A program made the translations under genes and the position numbers. DNA of 64,000 nt from sequence record KU686213.1; one strand, written 5' to 3'. Shown one piece after another: positions 33,801-45,300 of this stretch; position 1 is the first letter of the stretch, and each line of letters starts with the position of its first letter. Below the pieces are notes generated by a model. That model had not been told where the DNA came from and searched no databases. It worked only from the letters and a program-made list of their open reading frames with translations.

Positions 33801-33959
33801 AATGCAGCAAAGGATGGTATATTCTACGAAAACGGCACAAATGTTACGCAGAATTATACAATCACTTCAGGCAAAAATGCTATGAGTGCTGGTCCAATCA
33901 CTATTAATACCGGAGTAACCGTAACAGTTCCTACTGGATCTGAGTGGACAGTTGTGTAA
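30825..33959 (+). CDS. Tail-fibre-like protein with a collagen tract and internal repeats
   Basis: TATAAATA at 30787-30794, a G-A-T/G-D-Q tract, repeated FSG.GS.LT.L motifs, and C-terminal [25 protein letters not shown]. Confidence 0.85.
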   Translation: MAYKINGVIRLADNGDANLGLVTATNINSTGVATATEFDGKVSKKAITEQTEGDDSNVTGADELLIYDQQTDSLLRVSVDDFISASGIGTLVNDFNHIDSDSLVVTGLSTIGGVEIGAGIITASAGVGVVTFYGDGSNLEGVITTPSIVSTTEPTTRPNGDDLEQGDLWFSSAAGEGQLRQYTYYNGAWIDSNPMNGGTSVYAAVAGVSTNVNGTGIVTASQGNFSGIVTAGSFIGDGSGLTGLGDLTGATGATGADSIVPGPQGSTGATGPKGDQGDAVIGATGSTGPQGDIGASGATGPKGDQGDAVIGATGATGEVGPDGASGATGPKGDQGDAIIGATGATGDQGDEGPVGASGATGPKGDQGDAIIGATGATGDQGDEGPVGASGATGPKGDQGDAVIGATGPQGDIGASGATGPQGDIGASGATGPKGDPGSAGVSATLTAGTYLSGDSYNGSTSRTWTVDATSSNTASKVVARDASGNSSFKKITVDTDSDTDGQVAAHFYGANGSTNRGLEVRLSSAGSIDNAKVILDAKQAADGELWIATRGVERAAFDSGSFKMGANVGTSPEVLINSSGDATFAGDITAASFSGDGSGLTNLPGGGSPGDPSAASADKLTTSRTLWGQSFDGTANVSGNLTGVTNITLSGTVDGRNVLDDGQAGDNLITLSGVARDATNLGTFTGATISDNDTIKGALQDLETALESTPGSPSGPTGGEADSLLLAARNSTNATHYLTFATARTGQQSQYTDTGLTYNPSTNTLSATFSGNGSSLTSLNASNLGSGTIPNDRFPAVLPTVSGENLTNLPGSGSPGAPGAATIAVTDESSDTENFLVFTNDAVGNELPKTGSNLTFNASTGRLTATSFSGNGSSLTSLNASNLSSGTIPNDRFPAILPVADGSNLTNISRSDVSTSVQVITNNTANETVFITFSDGQSGTQRIETDVDLTYNPSTNTLSATFSGNGSNLTNLTSGNLVGALPAIDGSSLTGINAAKDGIFYENGTNVTQNYTITSGKNAMSAGPITINTGVTVTVPTGSEWTVV
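31818..32009 (+). repeat. Exact 96-bp tandem duplication (2 copies, 32 codons each)
   Basis: 31818-31913 equals 31914-32009, encoding [32 protein letters not shown]. Confidence 0.9.
33129..33518 (+). repeat. About 93-bp direct repeat pair (33129-33221 and 33426-33518)
   Basis: Both encode [16 protein letters not shown][GS][11 protein letters not shown][VI]LP; two mismatches seen. Confidence 0.85.
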
Positions 33960-34004
33960 TTTATGATATACTATATACTTTATAATTGAAGTATAATCAT
34001 TACA

Positions 34005-34178
34005 ATGAACAAGGACAGACGATTTTTCGTCGAAATACAAGAAGACGTTGCCTCTGGTGACCTTATTGTTAGTATTCCCCCAGAAATCCTCAACGAGTAT
34101 TGCTGGTATGAGGGTGCTGAGTTAGAATGGGCACTGGAGGGTGACGAAGTGATCCTCCGCGAATCAACTAATGACTGA
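34005..34178 (+). CDS. Small AbrB/MazE/SpoVT-like protein (57 aa), not in the ORF track
   Basis: FVEIQED..SGDLIVSIPPEILNEYCWYEGAELEWALEGDEVILR fits the swapped-hairpin pattern G.L.v.IP.e......w..G..l.......iil. Confidence 0.6.
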   Translation: MNKDRRFFVEIQEDVASGDLIVSIPPEILNEYCWYEGAELEWALEGDEVILRESTND

Positions 34179-34356
34179 TACAATCTATCACATTTACATG
34201 AACAACACTTGTATTCGGGCTTGCCTAAGTGAGTCTGAATTCAAAAAGGAAATGGTCGGCATCAAAACATATTTGGAGTTGACCAATCACAGTAAAGATG
34301 CTACACTTGAATACGTAGAGTGCGAAGCGCCTACTTATACAGATGCTTCGTACTAA
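34171..34356 (+). CDS. Hypothetical protein
   Basis: 61-aa ORF in the operon. Confidence 0.55.
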   Translation: MTDTIYHIYMNNTCIRACLSESEFKKEMVGIKTYLELTNHSKDATLEYVECEAPTYTDASY

Positions 34357-34402
34357 CTACAGTACTAGTATTAATTGAAACGTTTCATTATTATCGAATA
34401 TT

Positions 34403-35170
34403 ATGGCTAAAGGATTTACCGTCAAAGCAAAAGAACCACCCAAGGGTAAGGTTGCTGATCAAGTTGAAGAGTGGGATTATGCAAAGGCAAAGGAGATGCT
34501 CAGAGGTAAGAGCATTGTTTTCTGCCTCCCTGGTCGTGGCGTAAGCTATACCTACCTAAAGAACTTTGTTCAAATGTGTTTTGACCTAGTTCAAATGGGA
34601 GCATCTATTCAGATCTCTCAAGACTACAGTTCAATGGTCAACTTTGCACGTTGTAAGTGTCTTGGTGCTAACGTTCTACGTGGACCCGACCAGATTCCCT
34701 GGGACGGTAAGCTTAAGTATGACTACCAGCTCTGGATTGATAGCGACATCGTATTCAACACCCAGAAGCTACTCCAACTCGTTCTTATGGACAAGGACAT
34801 TGCTACTGGTTGGTACTCTACTGAAGATGGTCGCACCACTTCCGTAGCTCACTGGCTAGAAGAAGATGACTTCGCCAAGAACGGTGGTGTTATGAACCAC
34901 GAAATGGTTGAAGGAATCTCCAAGCGTAAGAAGCCTTTCACTGTTGACTATGCTGGCTTCGGTTGGATCCTACTTAAGAACGGTGTGTTTGAGCACCCCG
35001 AGATGAAGTACCCCTGGTTCGCTCCCAAGATGCAAGTCTTTGATTCAGGCGCTGTACAAGATATGTGTGGTGAAGATGTTAGCTTCTGCCTAGATGCTAT
35101 CGCTGCTGGCTTTGAGATCTGGTGTGATCCTCGCATCCGCGTAGGACACGAAAAGACCCGAGTCATCTGA
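34403..35170 (+). CDS. Conserved cyanomyovirus GT2-like glycosyltransferase-fold protein
   Basis: IVFCLPGRGVSY, ARCKCLG, LWIDSDIVF (DxD), YAGFGWILLK.GVFE, GEDVSFC...GFEIW.DP..RVGH.K. Confidence 0.8.
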   Translation: MAKGFTVKAKEPPKGKVADQVEEWDYAKAKEMLRGKSIVFCLPGRGVSYTYLKNFVQMCFDLVQMGASIQISQDYSSMVNFARCKCLGANVLRGPDQIPWDGKLKYDYQLWIDSDIVFNTQKLLQLVLMDKDIATGWYSTEDGRTTSVAHWLEEDDFAKNGGVMNHEMVEGISKRKKPFTVDYAGFGWILLKNGVFEHPEMKYPWFAPKMQVFDSGAVQDMCGEDVSFCLDAIAAGFEIWCDPRIRVGHEKTRVI

Positions 35171-35181
35171 TCACTTTATAA

Positions 35182-35225
35182 ACTGTCCACCACCTCCTAC
35201 GGGGGGTGGTTTTTTAATGTATAAT
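35182..35225 (+). promoter_or_regulatory. Terminator/promoter cassette with ACTGTCCAC box
   Basis: actgtccac; hairpin ccacctcc-tacg-gggggtgg plus T6; TATAAT at 35220-35225. Confidence 0.6.
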
Positions 35226-35247
35226 AACTCTGTTCGAGTAAATTCCT

Positions 35248-35457
35248 ATGTCTAAAGGCATCACAAATCTATTAGTTCAAGTAGATCATTCCGATGGTCA
35301 TAAATATACCTTCACAAAAGATTTTCATGGCATCAAAATTAAATATACGTCTGATCTAATTTCTGAAGATTTGCCCCGAGAGGTATTCATCCCAGATAAT
35401 TCTGTATCAGCTATTATTCATGCTTTGAGCCTCATCTCTCAAAATCCAGAATACTGA
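35248..35457 (+). CDS. Hypothetical protein
   Basis: 69-aa ORF directly after a promoter. Confidence 0.55.
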   Translation: MSKGITNLLVQVDHSDGHKYTFTKDFHGIKIKYTSDLISEDLPREVFIPDNSVSAIIHALSLISQNPEY

Positions 35458-35465
35458 AAAATATT

Positions 35466-35960
35466 ATGTATACACACAACGAACATCCTGGGTTCTACGA
35501 TAAGTGGTTTAAGATTTGGTCTGACTGCACCCCAGAAGTACTAGACGCCACTGCTATTATCCGTGTAATGGAATGCACTAATGGTTGCGTTCAGTATGGT
35601 TTTCGTGGAGAAAGCCCCAACGCACTATCGGTAGAACAGACCCGTGAGTGTATGAAGGTCTCTATGGGGGCTATAAAGAGCAAGAAGCTGCCTCTACCAA
35701 CAGGGGAGGTAATCTATATGCCCGAAGAAGCAATCCCCCTTATGAACGAAGCTAGGGACCTCTACCAGAAAATGAAGGCAAGAGACATTGATGCTTATGA
35801 TGAGTTCTTTGCTCTATCCACAGCACACTTCCATGTCCTAGGCAAGAAGATTATTGACGAGAAGTTTGCATTCTTAACAGAACATTTTGGTGATGTCTTC
35901 ACTGAGTATTGGATTGATAGGGGTAGGGAGTATATCTATGATGCTCTAAGTCCAGCCTAA
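35466..35960 (+). CDS. Hypothetical protein
   Basis: 164-aa ORF with phage-like codon use. Confidence 0.65.
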   Translation: MYTHNEHPGFYDKWFKIWSDCTPEVLDATAIIRVMECTNGCVQYGFRGESPNALSVEQTRECMKVSMGAIKSKKLPLPTGEVIYMPEEAIPLMNEARDLYQKMKARDIDAYDEFFALSTAHFHVLGKKIIDEKFAFLTEHFGDVFTEYWIDRGREYIYDALSPA

Positions 35961-35984
35961 ATAACTATAACAGCCTGTATCATC

Positions 35985-36164
35985 ATGTCTGAATCTGCCT
36001 CACGTGTTTATGATGCCGTTACTCAGGCTGGTATGAGTATCACTCCCGAAGCCATTGCTGCTGCTATTAGGTGTGCCGCAATGGAATGTCGGGATGATCA
36101 AGGCAACATTAGCCTAGCTAAGATGTACGAATTAACCTGTGAATTAGAAACTATTTTATTATGA
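35985..36164 (+). CDS. Small hypothetical protein (59 aa), not in the ORF track
   Basis: CTAAATA at 35957; MSESASRVYDAVTQAG...ELETILL; ATGA overlap with the next gene. Confidence 0.55.
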   Translation: MSESASRVYDAVTQAGMSITPEAIAAAIRCAAMECRDDQGNISLAKMYELTCELETILL

Positions 36165-36421
36165 ATCCAATTTATTATCTCGATGCCGTACTTGTTATCA
36201 TTGTAGTTATTGCTATTATGGATGCTAATGTGGCTCCTTGGTTAGGGCTACAGTTTAAGGTATTGACTGTGGAATTACGTAGGCAGTGGCTTCTTCTTAA
36301 GATGAAGCCCGATCTATGGCTAATGAAGTGGAGAATGAAAAGAGTTCTTAAGAAACTACAGCAGGATGCAGAGCTTCAGGCTATAATCAAAGAACATTAT
36401 GAACAAGAGAAAAAAGAATGA
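36161..36421 (+). CDS. Hypothetical membrane-anchored protein
   Basis: 86 aa, N-terminal hydrophobic helix, basic C-terminus. Confidence 0.6.
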   Translation: MNPIYYLDAVLVIIVVIAIMDANVAPWLGLQFKVLTVELRRQWLLLKMKPDLWLMKWRMKRVLKKLQQDAELQAIIKEHYEQEKKE

Positions 36422-36597
36422 TACTTTTAGCGGCAGCAGCCACAACAATGCTCACTTGTGCCCAAGTGCAGCACGTTGAGAAGGGTGTTTTAGTACACCC
36501 TCTCCTCACATACACCCAAAGAGCAGAGATTATATTAGAGCTTGATATCGCAACAAACGAAGAATGTGATTTGGGTTATAACAATGGGGATGTTTGA
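36418..36597 (+). CDS. Small hypothetical protein (59 aa), not in the ORF track
   Basis: ATGA overlap; MILLAAAATTMLTCAQVQH...EECDLGYNNGDV. Confidence 0.5.
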   Translation: MILLAAAATTMLTCAQVQHVEKGVLVHPLLTYTQRAEIILELDIATNEECDLGYNNGDV

Positions 36598-36940
36598 TGA
36601 GGTAAAATGCTCTGCCCCCATTGGAGAGCTTACTAATGTCTTAACACAGACAAAGGATATATCAGATGATTACTGGGAGGGGGGCACAATGTCCTTCTAC
36701 TGGATTGACCCATCTGGTCATATGTGGGCAACCGATTACTCTGGTACATATGATTTTGTCTTTGATGGGACAAGATATACTACAGTAAGAACTAAAAATA
36801 GGGGTAAATTATTTCCAATGAGCATCACTCGAAGTATAGAAATATACAATTGTAAGATGCAAGCCGATGGGTATGTTGATACTACGCTGTGTGAGCTTAG
36901 GATATGCGAAGGGAAGCTAATAAATTACAAGTATAAATAA
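36584..36940 (+). CDS. Hypothetical phage protein
   Basis: MGMFDEVKCSAP...FYWIDPSGHMW start is typical of a widespread phage family; the start is moved to ATG 36584. Confidence 0.6.
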   Translation: MGMFDEVKCSAPIGELTNVLTQTKDISDDYWEGGTMSFYWIDPSGHMWATDYSGTYDFVFDGTRYTTVRTKNRGKLFPMSITRSIEIYNCKMQADGYVDTTLCELRICEGKLINYKYK

Positions 36941-36964
36941 ACCATACGGATTTATTTTGTTACG

Positions 36965-38425
36965 ATGGACCTCAATTCTTATATTCAGCTCAAAGAGGCA
37001 TACTCTCAGGTAGGTAAGCCACAACAACTAACCGAGAATGTTGACTCTATCTGGGAAGAAGTTGAAGCATTTGCTCACGCCCTAGTAGAAGAGGAGGGGC
37101 TTGACCTAAGTGATATGACTTGGGATGAGGTCCGTGATGCATATTTACAAGAGCAGGGTAGTGGTCAAAGAGGCAGCGCAAGAAGAAATGCTGCGGCACG
37201 CGCAAACAGAGATCCAGAAGCTGGTAGGACGAGAAGCCAGCAGCAGATGGACGCCAAGATTGATAAAGAATTTGGTAGTAAGAATCCAAAAACAGGTCTA
37301 GCCAACTTAGGATCAAATTACGCTGCTCAAGAGAAAGCCGCAGCAAAAGCAGCAGAAGCATCTAGAGGATCAGGTGGATCAAGTCTTTCTTCTGCTGTTG
37401 CTGAAAAACAGGCTAAAGCTAAAGCTAAACTAGAAGCACAAAGGAATAGTGGCGGAACTGGTGCTACTAGTAATAGTAAGACAACAGCCAAGACAACAAC
37501 CAAGCCAGAAACCAAGACAACAACTCAGACAACAACCAAGACATCTACTCCAGCAGCTAAGACCCAGCCTGCTGCTCCTGCTAAAGATCGTATGGCTGGT
37601 GCTTCCAAGGCTGACCGTATGGGTGCTTGGGCGAAAGCTAATCCAAAACTAGCTGCTGCTCAAAAGCAAAGAGCTGCTACAAGAGGAACTAGTGCGACAA
37701 CTAACCCAATGATGAAGGACTTGGCTAAGCGTATGCCCAAGCCTGCTGCTCCTAATAAGCCTTCTGGTGGTGGATTGTCTGCAGTAAAACCACAGAGTTT
37801 CAATACTTCTGTTGCCGCAGGAAGCGCAATGAAGTCAGCTGCCTCTAAGCCAACACCAAAACCAGCTGCTCCTAGTTTCGGTGCTGGTATTAAGGCTGGG
37901 TCTATGCTTAAGAAAGAAGAGTTTAGTGATTTTGATATCATCCTAACCCACCTAATTGAGCAAGGTTTTGGTGATGACGAAGCTCTCACTCTTATGGTCA
38001 ATATGACCGAAGAGAAGCGTGAAGAGATCCTAGAGAACCGTCGTGCTGCTCGCGCTGCTGGTGGCTACAAAGATGACTCTAAGAAGCAAACTGATCCATC
38101 CAAGGATGGTTTCACTGGTATCTCTGGTTCTATCAAAGATATTATGAGGCAAAGTGCTGCTATGGATAAGAAGAAGAAGCAGAAAACCCAAAAGGAAGAA
38201 ACTGATTCTCTCTACCAGGCATATCTCTCTATGATGAGTGAGGAAGAGTCTGATAAGCGTAATGACAAGCACCTAGAAAGCGGCGGACACGCAGCTAAGA
38301 CCGACTACAGCAAGCCTCCTGCTACTGGTAACGACTTCGGTAAGAAGAAGCCTTTGAGTGATGAGGAGCGCAGTGCTGCTATGGCTAAGATTGTAGCTAA
38401 ACTTAAAAAGCAAGGTGGTAAGTAG
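36965..38425 (+). CDS. Low-complexity late protein (probable virion/internal protein)
   Basis: TATAAATA at 36932-36939. Ala/Lys/Thr-rich disordered centre flanked by acidic helices (KEEFSDFDIILTHL). Confidence 0.7.
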   Translation: MDLNSYIQLKEAYSQVGKPQQLTENVDSIWEEVEAFAHALVEEEGLDLSDMTWDEVRDAYLQEQGSGQRGSARRNAAARANRDPEAGRTRSQQQMDAKIDKEFGSKNPKTGLANLGSNYAAQEKAAAKAAEASRGSGGSSLSSAVAEKQAKAKAKLEAQRNSGGTGATSNSKTTAKTTTKPETKTTTQTTTKTSTPAAKTQPAAPAKDRMAGASKADRMGAWAKANPKLAAAQKQRAATRGTSATTNPMMKDLAKRMPKPAAPNKPSGGGLSAVKPQSFNTSVAAGSAMKSAASKPTPKPAAPSFGAGIKAGSMLKKEEFSDFDIILTHLIEQGFGDDEALTLMVNMTEEKREEILENRRAARAAGGYKDDSKKQTDPSKDGFTGISGSIKDIMRQSAAMDKKKKQKTQKEETDSLYQAYLSMMSEEESDKRNDKHLESGGHAAKTDYSKPPATGNDFGKKKPLSDEERSAAMAKIVAKLKKQGGK

Positions 38426-38480
38426 GACTAAATAAACTGTCCAACTGGAGTGTCTTATGACCGTTCCACGCAATTACTTA

Positions 38481-38615
38481 ATGAGATATTGTGTGATAGG
38501 TTACAAAGACGATAAAAAACGCGAAGAGTTCTTTAATTCAGGTAGAGATGCCTGGATTATGGAGAGCTACTTAAAGCGAAATGGTTACCGTGGTGTTAGA
38601 ATCTCGGTCAAATAA
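38481..38615 (+). CDS. Small hypothetical protein (44 aa), not in the ORF track
   Basis: MRYCVIGYKDDKKREEFFNSGRDAWIMESYLKRNGYRGVRISVK, followed by a terminator. Confidence 0.5.
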   Translation: MRYCVIGYKDDKKREEFFNSGRDAWIMESYLKRNGYRGVRISVK

Positions 38616-38620
38616 ATAGA

Positions 38621-38645
38621 GCCTCCCTATATGGGAGGTTTTTTT
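38621..38645 (+). terminator. Intrinsic terminator
   Basis: gcctccc-tatat-gggaggt plus T-run; extended -10 TGtTATAAT at 38649-38657. Confidence 0.8.
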
Positions 38646-38701
38646 ATGTGTTATAATGAACATAAGGGTATCCCTAAATAAAATATACGCAAGTATAACT
38701 T

Positions 38702-39103
38702 ATGAATACTTATGGTTCTCCAGAAGGTTACCTATATAACCTTCATACCTGCTCCCCATCGGAAGCAAAGAGGATGTGGAAGAAAGCTATTAAAGAACAA
38801 TGGGGTAATAAATGCGCTTACTGTGGCTCAGATACAAACCTAACATTAGATCATATAGTTCCACGTTCAAAAGGAGGTAGTAACCATACAACAAATGTAT
38901 TATGTGCATGTGAATCATGCAACGCAGACAAAGCATATACTGAATGGATCATCTGGTATATCGAACAACCATTCTTCACAGAAGAGCGCCGTGAGGCAAT
39001 CGAAAAATGGATGTTCCCTACAGAGGAAGTAAATCCAAATCTATTTGTGCAGGAGCAACCAAAGAGATACTCTTATGGTACCCGCAGAACTAGAGCTTAC
39101 TGA
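38702..39103 (+). CDS. HNH endonuclease (McrA-like, Zn-binding)
   Basis: CAYCG...LTLDHIVPRSKGG....NVLCACESCNADK. Confidence 0.9.
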   Translation: MNTYGSPEGYLYNLHTCSPSEAKRMWKKAIKEQWGNKCAYCGSDTNLTLDHIVPRSKGGSNHTTNVLCACESCNADKAYTEWIIWYIEQPFFTEERREAIEKWMFPTEEVNPNLFVQEQPKRYSYGTRRTRAY

Positions 39104-39127
39104 CTCTTATCCTTTACACACTTTTAT

Positions 39128-39241
39128 ATGGACTCCCACCCGAGTAGCTTAGAAAACGAGATAGACGAATTAAAACAGGGCTTTATGGGCTCTATTCTAG
39201 GAGCAATTATATACATACTTCCCTTTATCATACTTCTTTAA
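39128..39241 (+). CDS. Small membrane peptide (37 aa), not in the ORF track
   Basis: MDSHPSSLENEIDELKQGFMGSILGAIIYILPFIILL. Confidence 0.45.
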   Translation: MDSHPSSLENEIDELKQGFMGSILGAIIYILPFIILL

Positions 39242-39263
39242 AAAAGTCAAGTCAAATTAGGTG

Positions 39264-39271
39264 TATAAATA
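39264..39271 (+). promoter_or_regulatory. T4-type late promoter of the giant structural gene
   Basis: TATAAATA. Confidence 0.75.
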
Positions 39272-39331
39272 ATCGTAAGGAGATTATATGAATGTGATTT
39301 TCTTCTTACATTAGCCTGATCTGACGTAGCA

Positions 39332-42300
39332 ATGATTTCATCAGAAACCAAGATTTTACTTAAGCGTTCTGGCGTTCCAGGACGTATTCCATCCTTAGCG
39401 GACCTAAAACTAGGCGAGTTGGGTATCAACTATTATGACGGTAAGGTATACCTCCGTCAAGAAAATGATGTAGTTGGTTCCCGTATCATCGAGCCTGGTC
39501 AGGGTGACGATATTGGTAGGACTATTTTCGTAACCGTAAATGGTAACGACAACAACTCCGGTCTTAACGAGAGAGACTCCGTAAGAACCATCAAAAAAGC
39601 CGCTGAGTTAGCTCAGTTTGGCGATGGTATCAAGGTGTATCCTGGTCAGTATATCGAAGACAACCCCATTACATTCCGCGATTTGGTTGCGGTTGAGGGT
39701 ATGGATCTTCGTAACGTCCTAGTTACTCCTGCTAATCCAGAGAAAGATTTATATTTAGTTGGTGACGGTTTCCACGCAACTAACCATTCATTCGTATCAA
39801 ACCAAGATTCTCGCGATGCTGCCGCGATCATCTCATTCCGCCCTCTAGAAGGAACCGCATCTGATCGCTACTTTGATGCTGCCCGTCTAATCAGGGACAA
39901 CCTAAACTTCATTTCAGGCGAAGCTGTAGGTTTCTTGACTAGTGGCTATTCAGGCTTTGCTGCTGGTCAAAGATCTCAAGATGCTGCTCGTGCTATTGAA
40001 CTCAACACAAACTTTATTAGTGAAGAGTCCTTCCAGTATATCAACAGCCCAGATTATAGGGGTCCAGCATACACTAATCCAGATATCAACCAGTGTCGTA
40101 GTGACCTAAAGGATATTCTAGCTGGATGGAGATATGACTTAATCTCTGATGGTAACTCCGAGTCAACTGGTGTAGGTCTAACCTACTACGCACCAGTCAA
40201 GTTCACCAAGACTACAAATATTACTGACCTAGTTTATGATAACACAACTGGTTTGTTGGTTATTGAGACTGAACTAAGTACTCAATCACTACCTGGTGAT
40301 GAGATTAAGCTAAGAGATATTCAACTAGATTGCCCTCCTTATGGTAATTCATTCCTAATTGCTGGATTTGATTATGATAATGTAAGTGGTGTTGGTACAG
40401 TAACTCTACCTTTCATCCACGATATTCAAGCTGGTGATACAATCAAGCTAGATGATCTCAAGTTTGACTGCCCTCCATATGGCGCTCAAGCATATTCAGT
40501 ATCTGACTTTGTTTATGATGAGACTACTGGCGGAAGCACAGTAACTCTATCAAGTAACCATAACCTTAAAGTTGGTGATGCAATTGAACTCCGCGATATG
40601 CAGTTTGATTGCCCAGCTTATGGTGGTACTTTCTCCAACGTTGTAAACATTGAGTATAACAATGTAAGTGGAGAAGCAATCCTAACTTATGCGGATGCTG
40701 CTGACCTAGACGCTGGTGATGTTGTTCTTCTATATGATATCAAGCTATCCTGCCCAGCATACGGCAATGCTATTTCAATCACTGGCTTCGATTACGACAA
40801 CTTTACTGGTATAACACAAGCTTCTTTCGCATCACCTCACGGTCTACGGGTTGGTGATCTTGTTAAGTTTGAGAACCTTAAGTTTAGCTGTGAGAGCTAC
40901 TTGAGCGACACTTATAATATCGTTGGATTTGAGTACAACAATCTAACTGGTGAAGCTCTAGCATCATTCTCTTCTGATCACAATCTATCTGGTGGAAGTA
41001 ATGTTGTACTAGATAATCTAACCTTTGCTTGTAATAGCTACTTCCCAGAGGGAATCAATGTTACTGGATTTAACTACACCAATACAACTGGCGTAAGTAC
41101 AATCAGCCTAGATCACGCACATAACTTACAGATTGGTGATCGTTTCCAACTAGAAGACCTAGTATTTGCTTGTAACAGCTACTCATTCACTGATATTGAT
41201 GTTACCGCAGCAACTTACGATAACGTTACTGGCTTTGTAAACATCACTCTAGCTGCTCCTCACGGCAGTTCTGTTGGTGAGTTCGTCAAGCTAGACGGTA
41301 TTGAGTACTCTTGCCCTGGTGGTTCTGGTATCACAACTACAATCTTCCCTGATGGAACGATTGGTGATCAGTTTGAGATCCTTTCAGTACCTTCACCTAG
41401 TGCTTTGATTGTAAATGTAGGTCCTTCTGCAATCCCACACAGCTATGTTGGTGGAGGAACTGCTACGGTTGGTATTACTACAACAGTATTCCCTGATGGA
41501 ACTCAAGGTAATGAGTTTGTTGTAACCGACCTAGTTGACTCCCTAACATTGGTAACAAACGTTGGTGTATCTACTATCGCTCACACATATGCTGGTAGTG
41601 GTAAGATCTTTGTTGGCTTCACAACAACAGTATTCCCCGATGGAACACAAGGTAATGTATTCCCAGTTCTAGGAGTACCTGCTGCTAATCAAATAGCACT
41701 AAATGTTGGTACTAGCACCATCGAACATACTTATGTTGGTGGTGGTACAGCTTCTAATGAAGACACATTCCTAAATGTATCTGGCTTCACCTATAACGAT
41801 GCCGATGGAACTGGATTAGTAACATTGGGTTCCAACCACAACCTAGTTGTTGGTGATAGTTTCATCCTAGAAGACCTCAAGTTTACTTGTGATAGTTACA
41901 GAAATACCGCAAGCACATTTGATATCAGTGACTTCCAGTATGATAATGTAACTGGTCTATCCACCGTTGTTATCACATCATCTCACGATCTACGGGTCAA
42001 TGATACGATTGCTCTTTATGATATTGAGTTCTCTTGCCCCAATGGTTCTGGTATCACAACTACAATCTTCCCCGATGGAAGCGTAGATAACTTCTATGAT
42101 GTTGTTGCGGTTATTGACCCCAACACAATCATCACAAGAATTGGTACCTCCACAATCCCACACTCATATGTTCAGGGTGGTTTGCTTCAGGTTGGTATCA
42201 CTACTAACATCTTCCCAGATGGAACACGTCCAAGTGATAACTTCTTTGATGTTGTTTCAGTTCCAGCACCTAATCAGATCCTAACTAACGTTGGTTTGAG

Positions 42301-45300
42301 TTCTATTGCTCACACCTATGCTTCTGGCGGTAAGTTCTACACAGGTATCACAACTAATATCTTCCCCCAGACATTTGAAGATCCTAATGTAAAAGTTGTT
42401 AATGCCGTATATGATAATGTAACTGGTGCCGTAACAGTCACCTGTGATAAGCCCCACGGTCTATTAGCTACTAATACAGTACTTCTCCAAGGGCTAGAGT
42501 TCTCCTGTGCTTCAGGCGGTCCTGGTGGTGCTCCTGGTGTATTGCTATTCCCACGTAACCAAGAAACTTATGAGGTTGTATCTGTAGCTACTCCTACAAC
42601 TTACACCATCAATGTTGGTCCAAACAGCATCCCACATACCTATGTTAGTGGTGGTATTTCTACTCCACAAAACATCATTGATGCGGTATACAACAGAGCC
42701 AACGGAGAACTAACAGTTACTCTAAACAGACAGCACGGATATGTAGCAGGAGACACTGCTAGTGTTGTTGATTTAGTATTCTCCTGCCTATCTGGTGGAG
42801 AAGGTAATGCTCCAGGTGAACTAATCTTCCCTCGTCCTACTGATGAGTTTGTACTACTATCAATCTCTGGTAGTGAGTTTACTGTAAATGTAGGTGAGTC
42901 AAGTGGACTACCCCACACCTATGTAAATGGTGGTTCTGTAAGCTATGCTGGAACAACCGCACAAGTAACAAGTGCATTATACAATGAAGAGACTGGTGTT
43001 CTAACAGTTACAACTAGTGCTCCATTGGGTGCTGCTGTTGATAACGTAGTCACAATGCAGGGTCTAAACTTTGCTTGTAACTCCGGTGGTCCTGGTAATG
43101 ACCCAGGCACAATCATCTTCCCACGCCTAGATGTTCCTGTATTCAAAGTATCTAAAGTTATCAGTGGCGTAACTTATGTAATCAACGTCGGTACTTCCAC
43201 TCTAGCACATACTTATGTGTCTGGTGGATTCTCAAGCCTAAAGAAAAAGGTTAATGATAACAACCTATTCAGAGTATTGGGCGTACCTACTCCCAACACA
43301 GTAGTAACTAATGTTGGTGTAAGCTCCATCCCACACACATATGTAAGTGGTGGTAATGGTTTCGTAGGAATTACAACTAACATCTTCCCTGACGGTACAC
43401 GCCCTAACGGTAGCCGCTTTGAAGTGTTGAGTGTCCTATCACCTAACAAGGCAGTCATCAACGTAGGTGTCTCTACAATCCCACACTTCTATGAGAGTGG
43501 TGGTCAGGTTCAGTATGGTGAGACAAATGAGCGTCCTATCCTAGCATTTGATTACAATAATCTAACTGGTGGAGCCAGAGTCACGGTTCGTGGTCCTCAC
43601 GGTCTATCAGCTGGCGATAGCGTCAAGTTTGATGGTATGGAGTTTGAGTGTGTTAATAGCCCAGGCATTACAACTACAATCTTCCCTGACGGAACAGCAG
43701 CAAGTCTTAACCTCTTCCCTGTAACTGGTGTAGTAAACAACACCGTATTTGATTGTAATGTTGGACGGGTTCCTTTCACTCACACATATATTCAGGGTGG
43801 TTCTGCTTTCGTAGGAATTACAACTAACATCTTCCCTGACGGCACACAAGGTTATAACTACACTGTTACTGGTGTTCCTTCATCCAATAAGGTCAACGTA
43901 AACGTCGGTGTTTCAAGCATCCAACACAACTATGTTCGTGGTGGAGCACTATTTGCTGGCGAAACTAACGAGCGTGATATTGTTAACTTCAGCTATGATA
44001 ATGAGTCTGGTCTAGCTATTCTAACTCTACGTCAGCCTGAAGATTTATACACAGGCAACCTTGTTAAGTTGAAGGGGCTTGAGTTTGATTGCCCCGATAG
44101 TACTGCTATCACTACAAATATCTTCCCTGATGGTTCACAAGGCTTCCTATTCCCAGTCACCGAGAGACTAAATCCAACACAATTCCAGTTGAATATTGGT
44201 CGCTCAACAATCCAGCACAACTATGTACGGGGAACTGGCGCAGCATTCGTTGGTATCACTACTGATATCTTCCCTGACCTATCAACACAACCAACAAAAC
44301 TATTCAATGTTGTTTCTATCCCTTCACCCAACACCGTTGCGGTTCAGGTAGGAACTTCCACAATCCCACACAACTATGAGAGTGGTGGAACATTATCCGT
44401 TGGTATTAACACAGACATCTTCCCAGGTAGCAGTGTTGTGTCTCCTCTTGGCGATACATTTGTTATTGATGCCGTCACTTCTTCTGGTGAAATAGTAATT
44501 AATGTAGGAACTTCTTCTATCACTCACAACTATGAGCGTGGTGGTCAGGTTCTATACGGACAGAGTTCTGGTGGAGAGCTACAGCACATCACTGGTCCTG
44601 GTGTTATGGATGCGACTATCGCAGCTATTGACTTTGAGCGGCAGATGTCCAAGTATGTTTTGAATAACCGCCCTTGGGGTTCATTCATTGCTGCTGAAAC
44701 TGGAATCGTTAATGGTATTGATTATGATAATGTAACTGGCTTCGCTACAGTAACCGTACCTGGAATCAACGCTCAGCGTGGCGATATGGTAAGGATGAGT
44801 GATATTCAGTTCGTATGCTCTGATGAGTACGCTGGACTAACTACTACATTCTTCCCAGACAACACACGCCCAGAGGGTCAGTACTTTGAAGTTGAATCTC
44901 GTATTGATGAGAACTCATTTGAGACTTTCATTGGTATTTCTTCCATCAAGCATAACCACTTGAGAGGTGGTAATGTATATCGCTATAGACAAGGTATTGA
45001 GAATGTAATCTATGATAGAGCATCTGGTCTAGCTAGTGTAACCTCAATGGCTCACGGTTATAAGGTTGATGATATCATCGAAATGGGTGATATTAGATTT
45101 ACCTGCCCAGTATTCACACCTGACTACGACATTGAGAACTTCACATACGATAACACAACAGGTTTATCACAAGTAACTACAACAGTTGATAACGATATTC
45201 AAATTGGTGATTTGGTTCGCCTAGATGATATCCAACTTGACTGTCCTGCTTATGGTAACGAGAGAGTTATTACGGACTTTGAGTACAACAATCTAAACGG

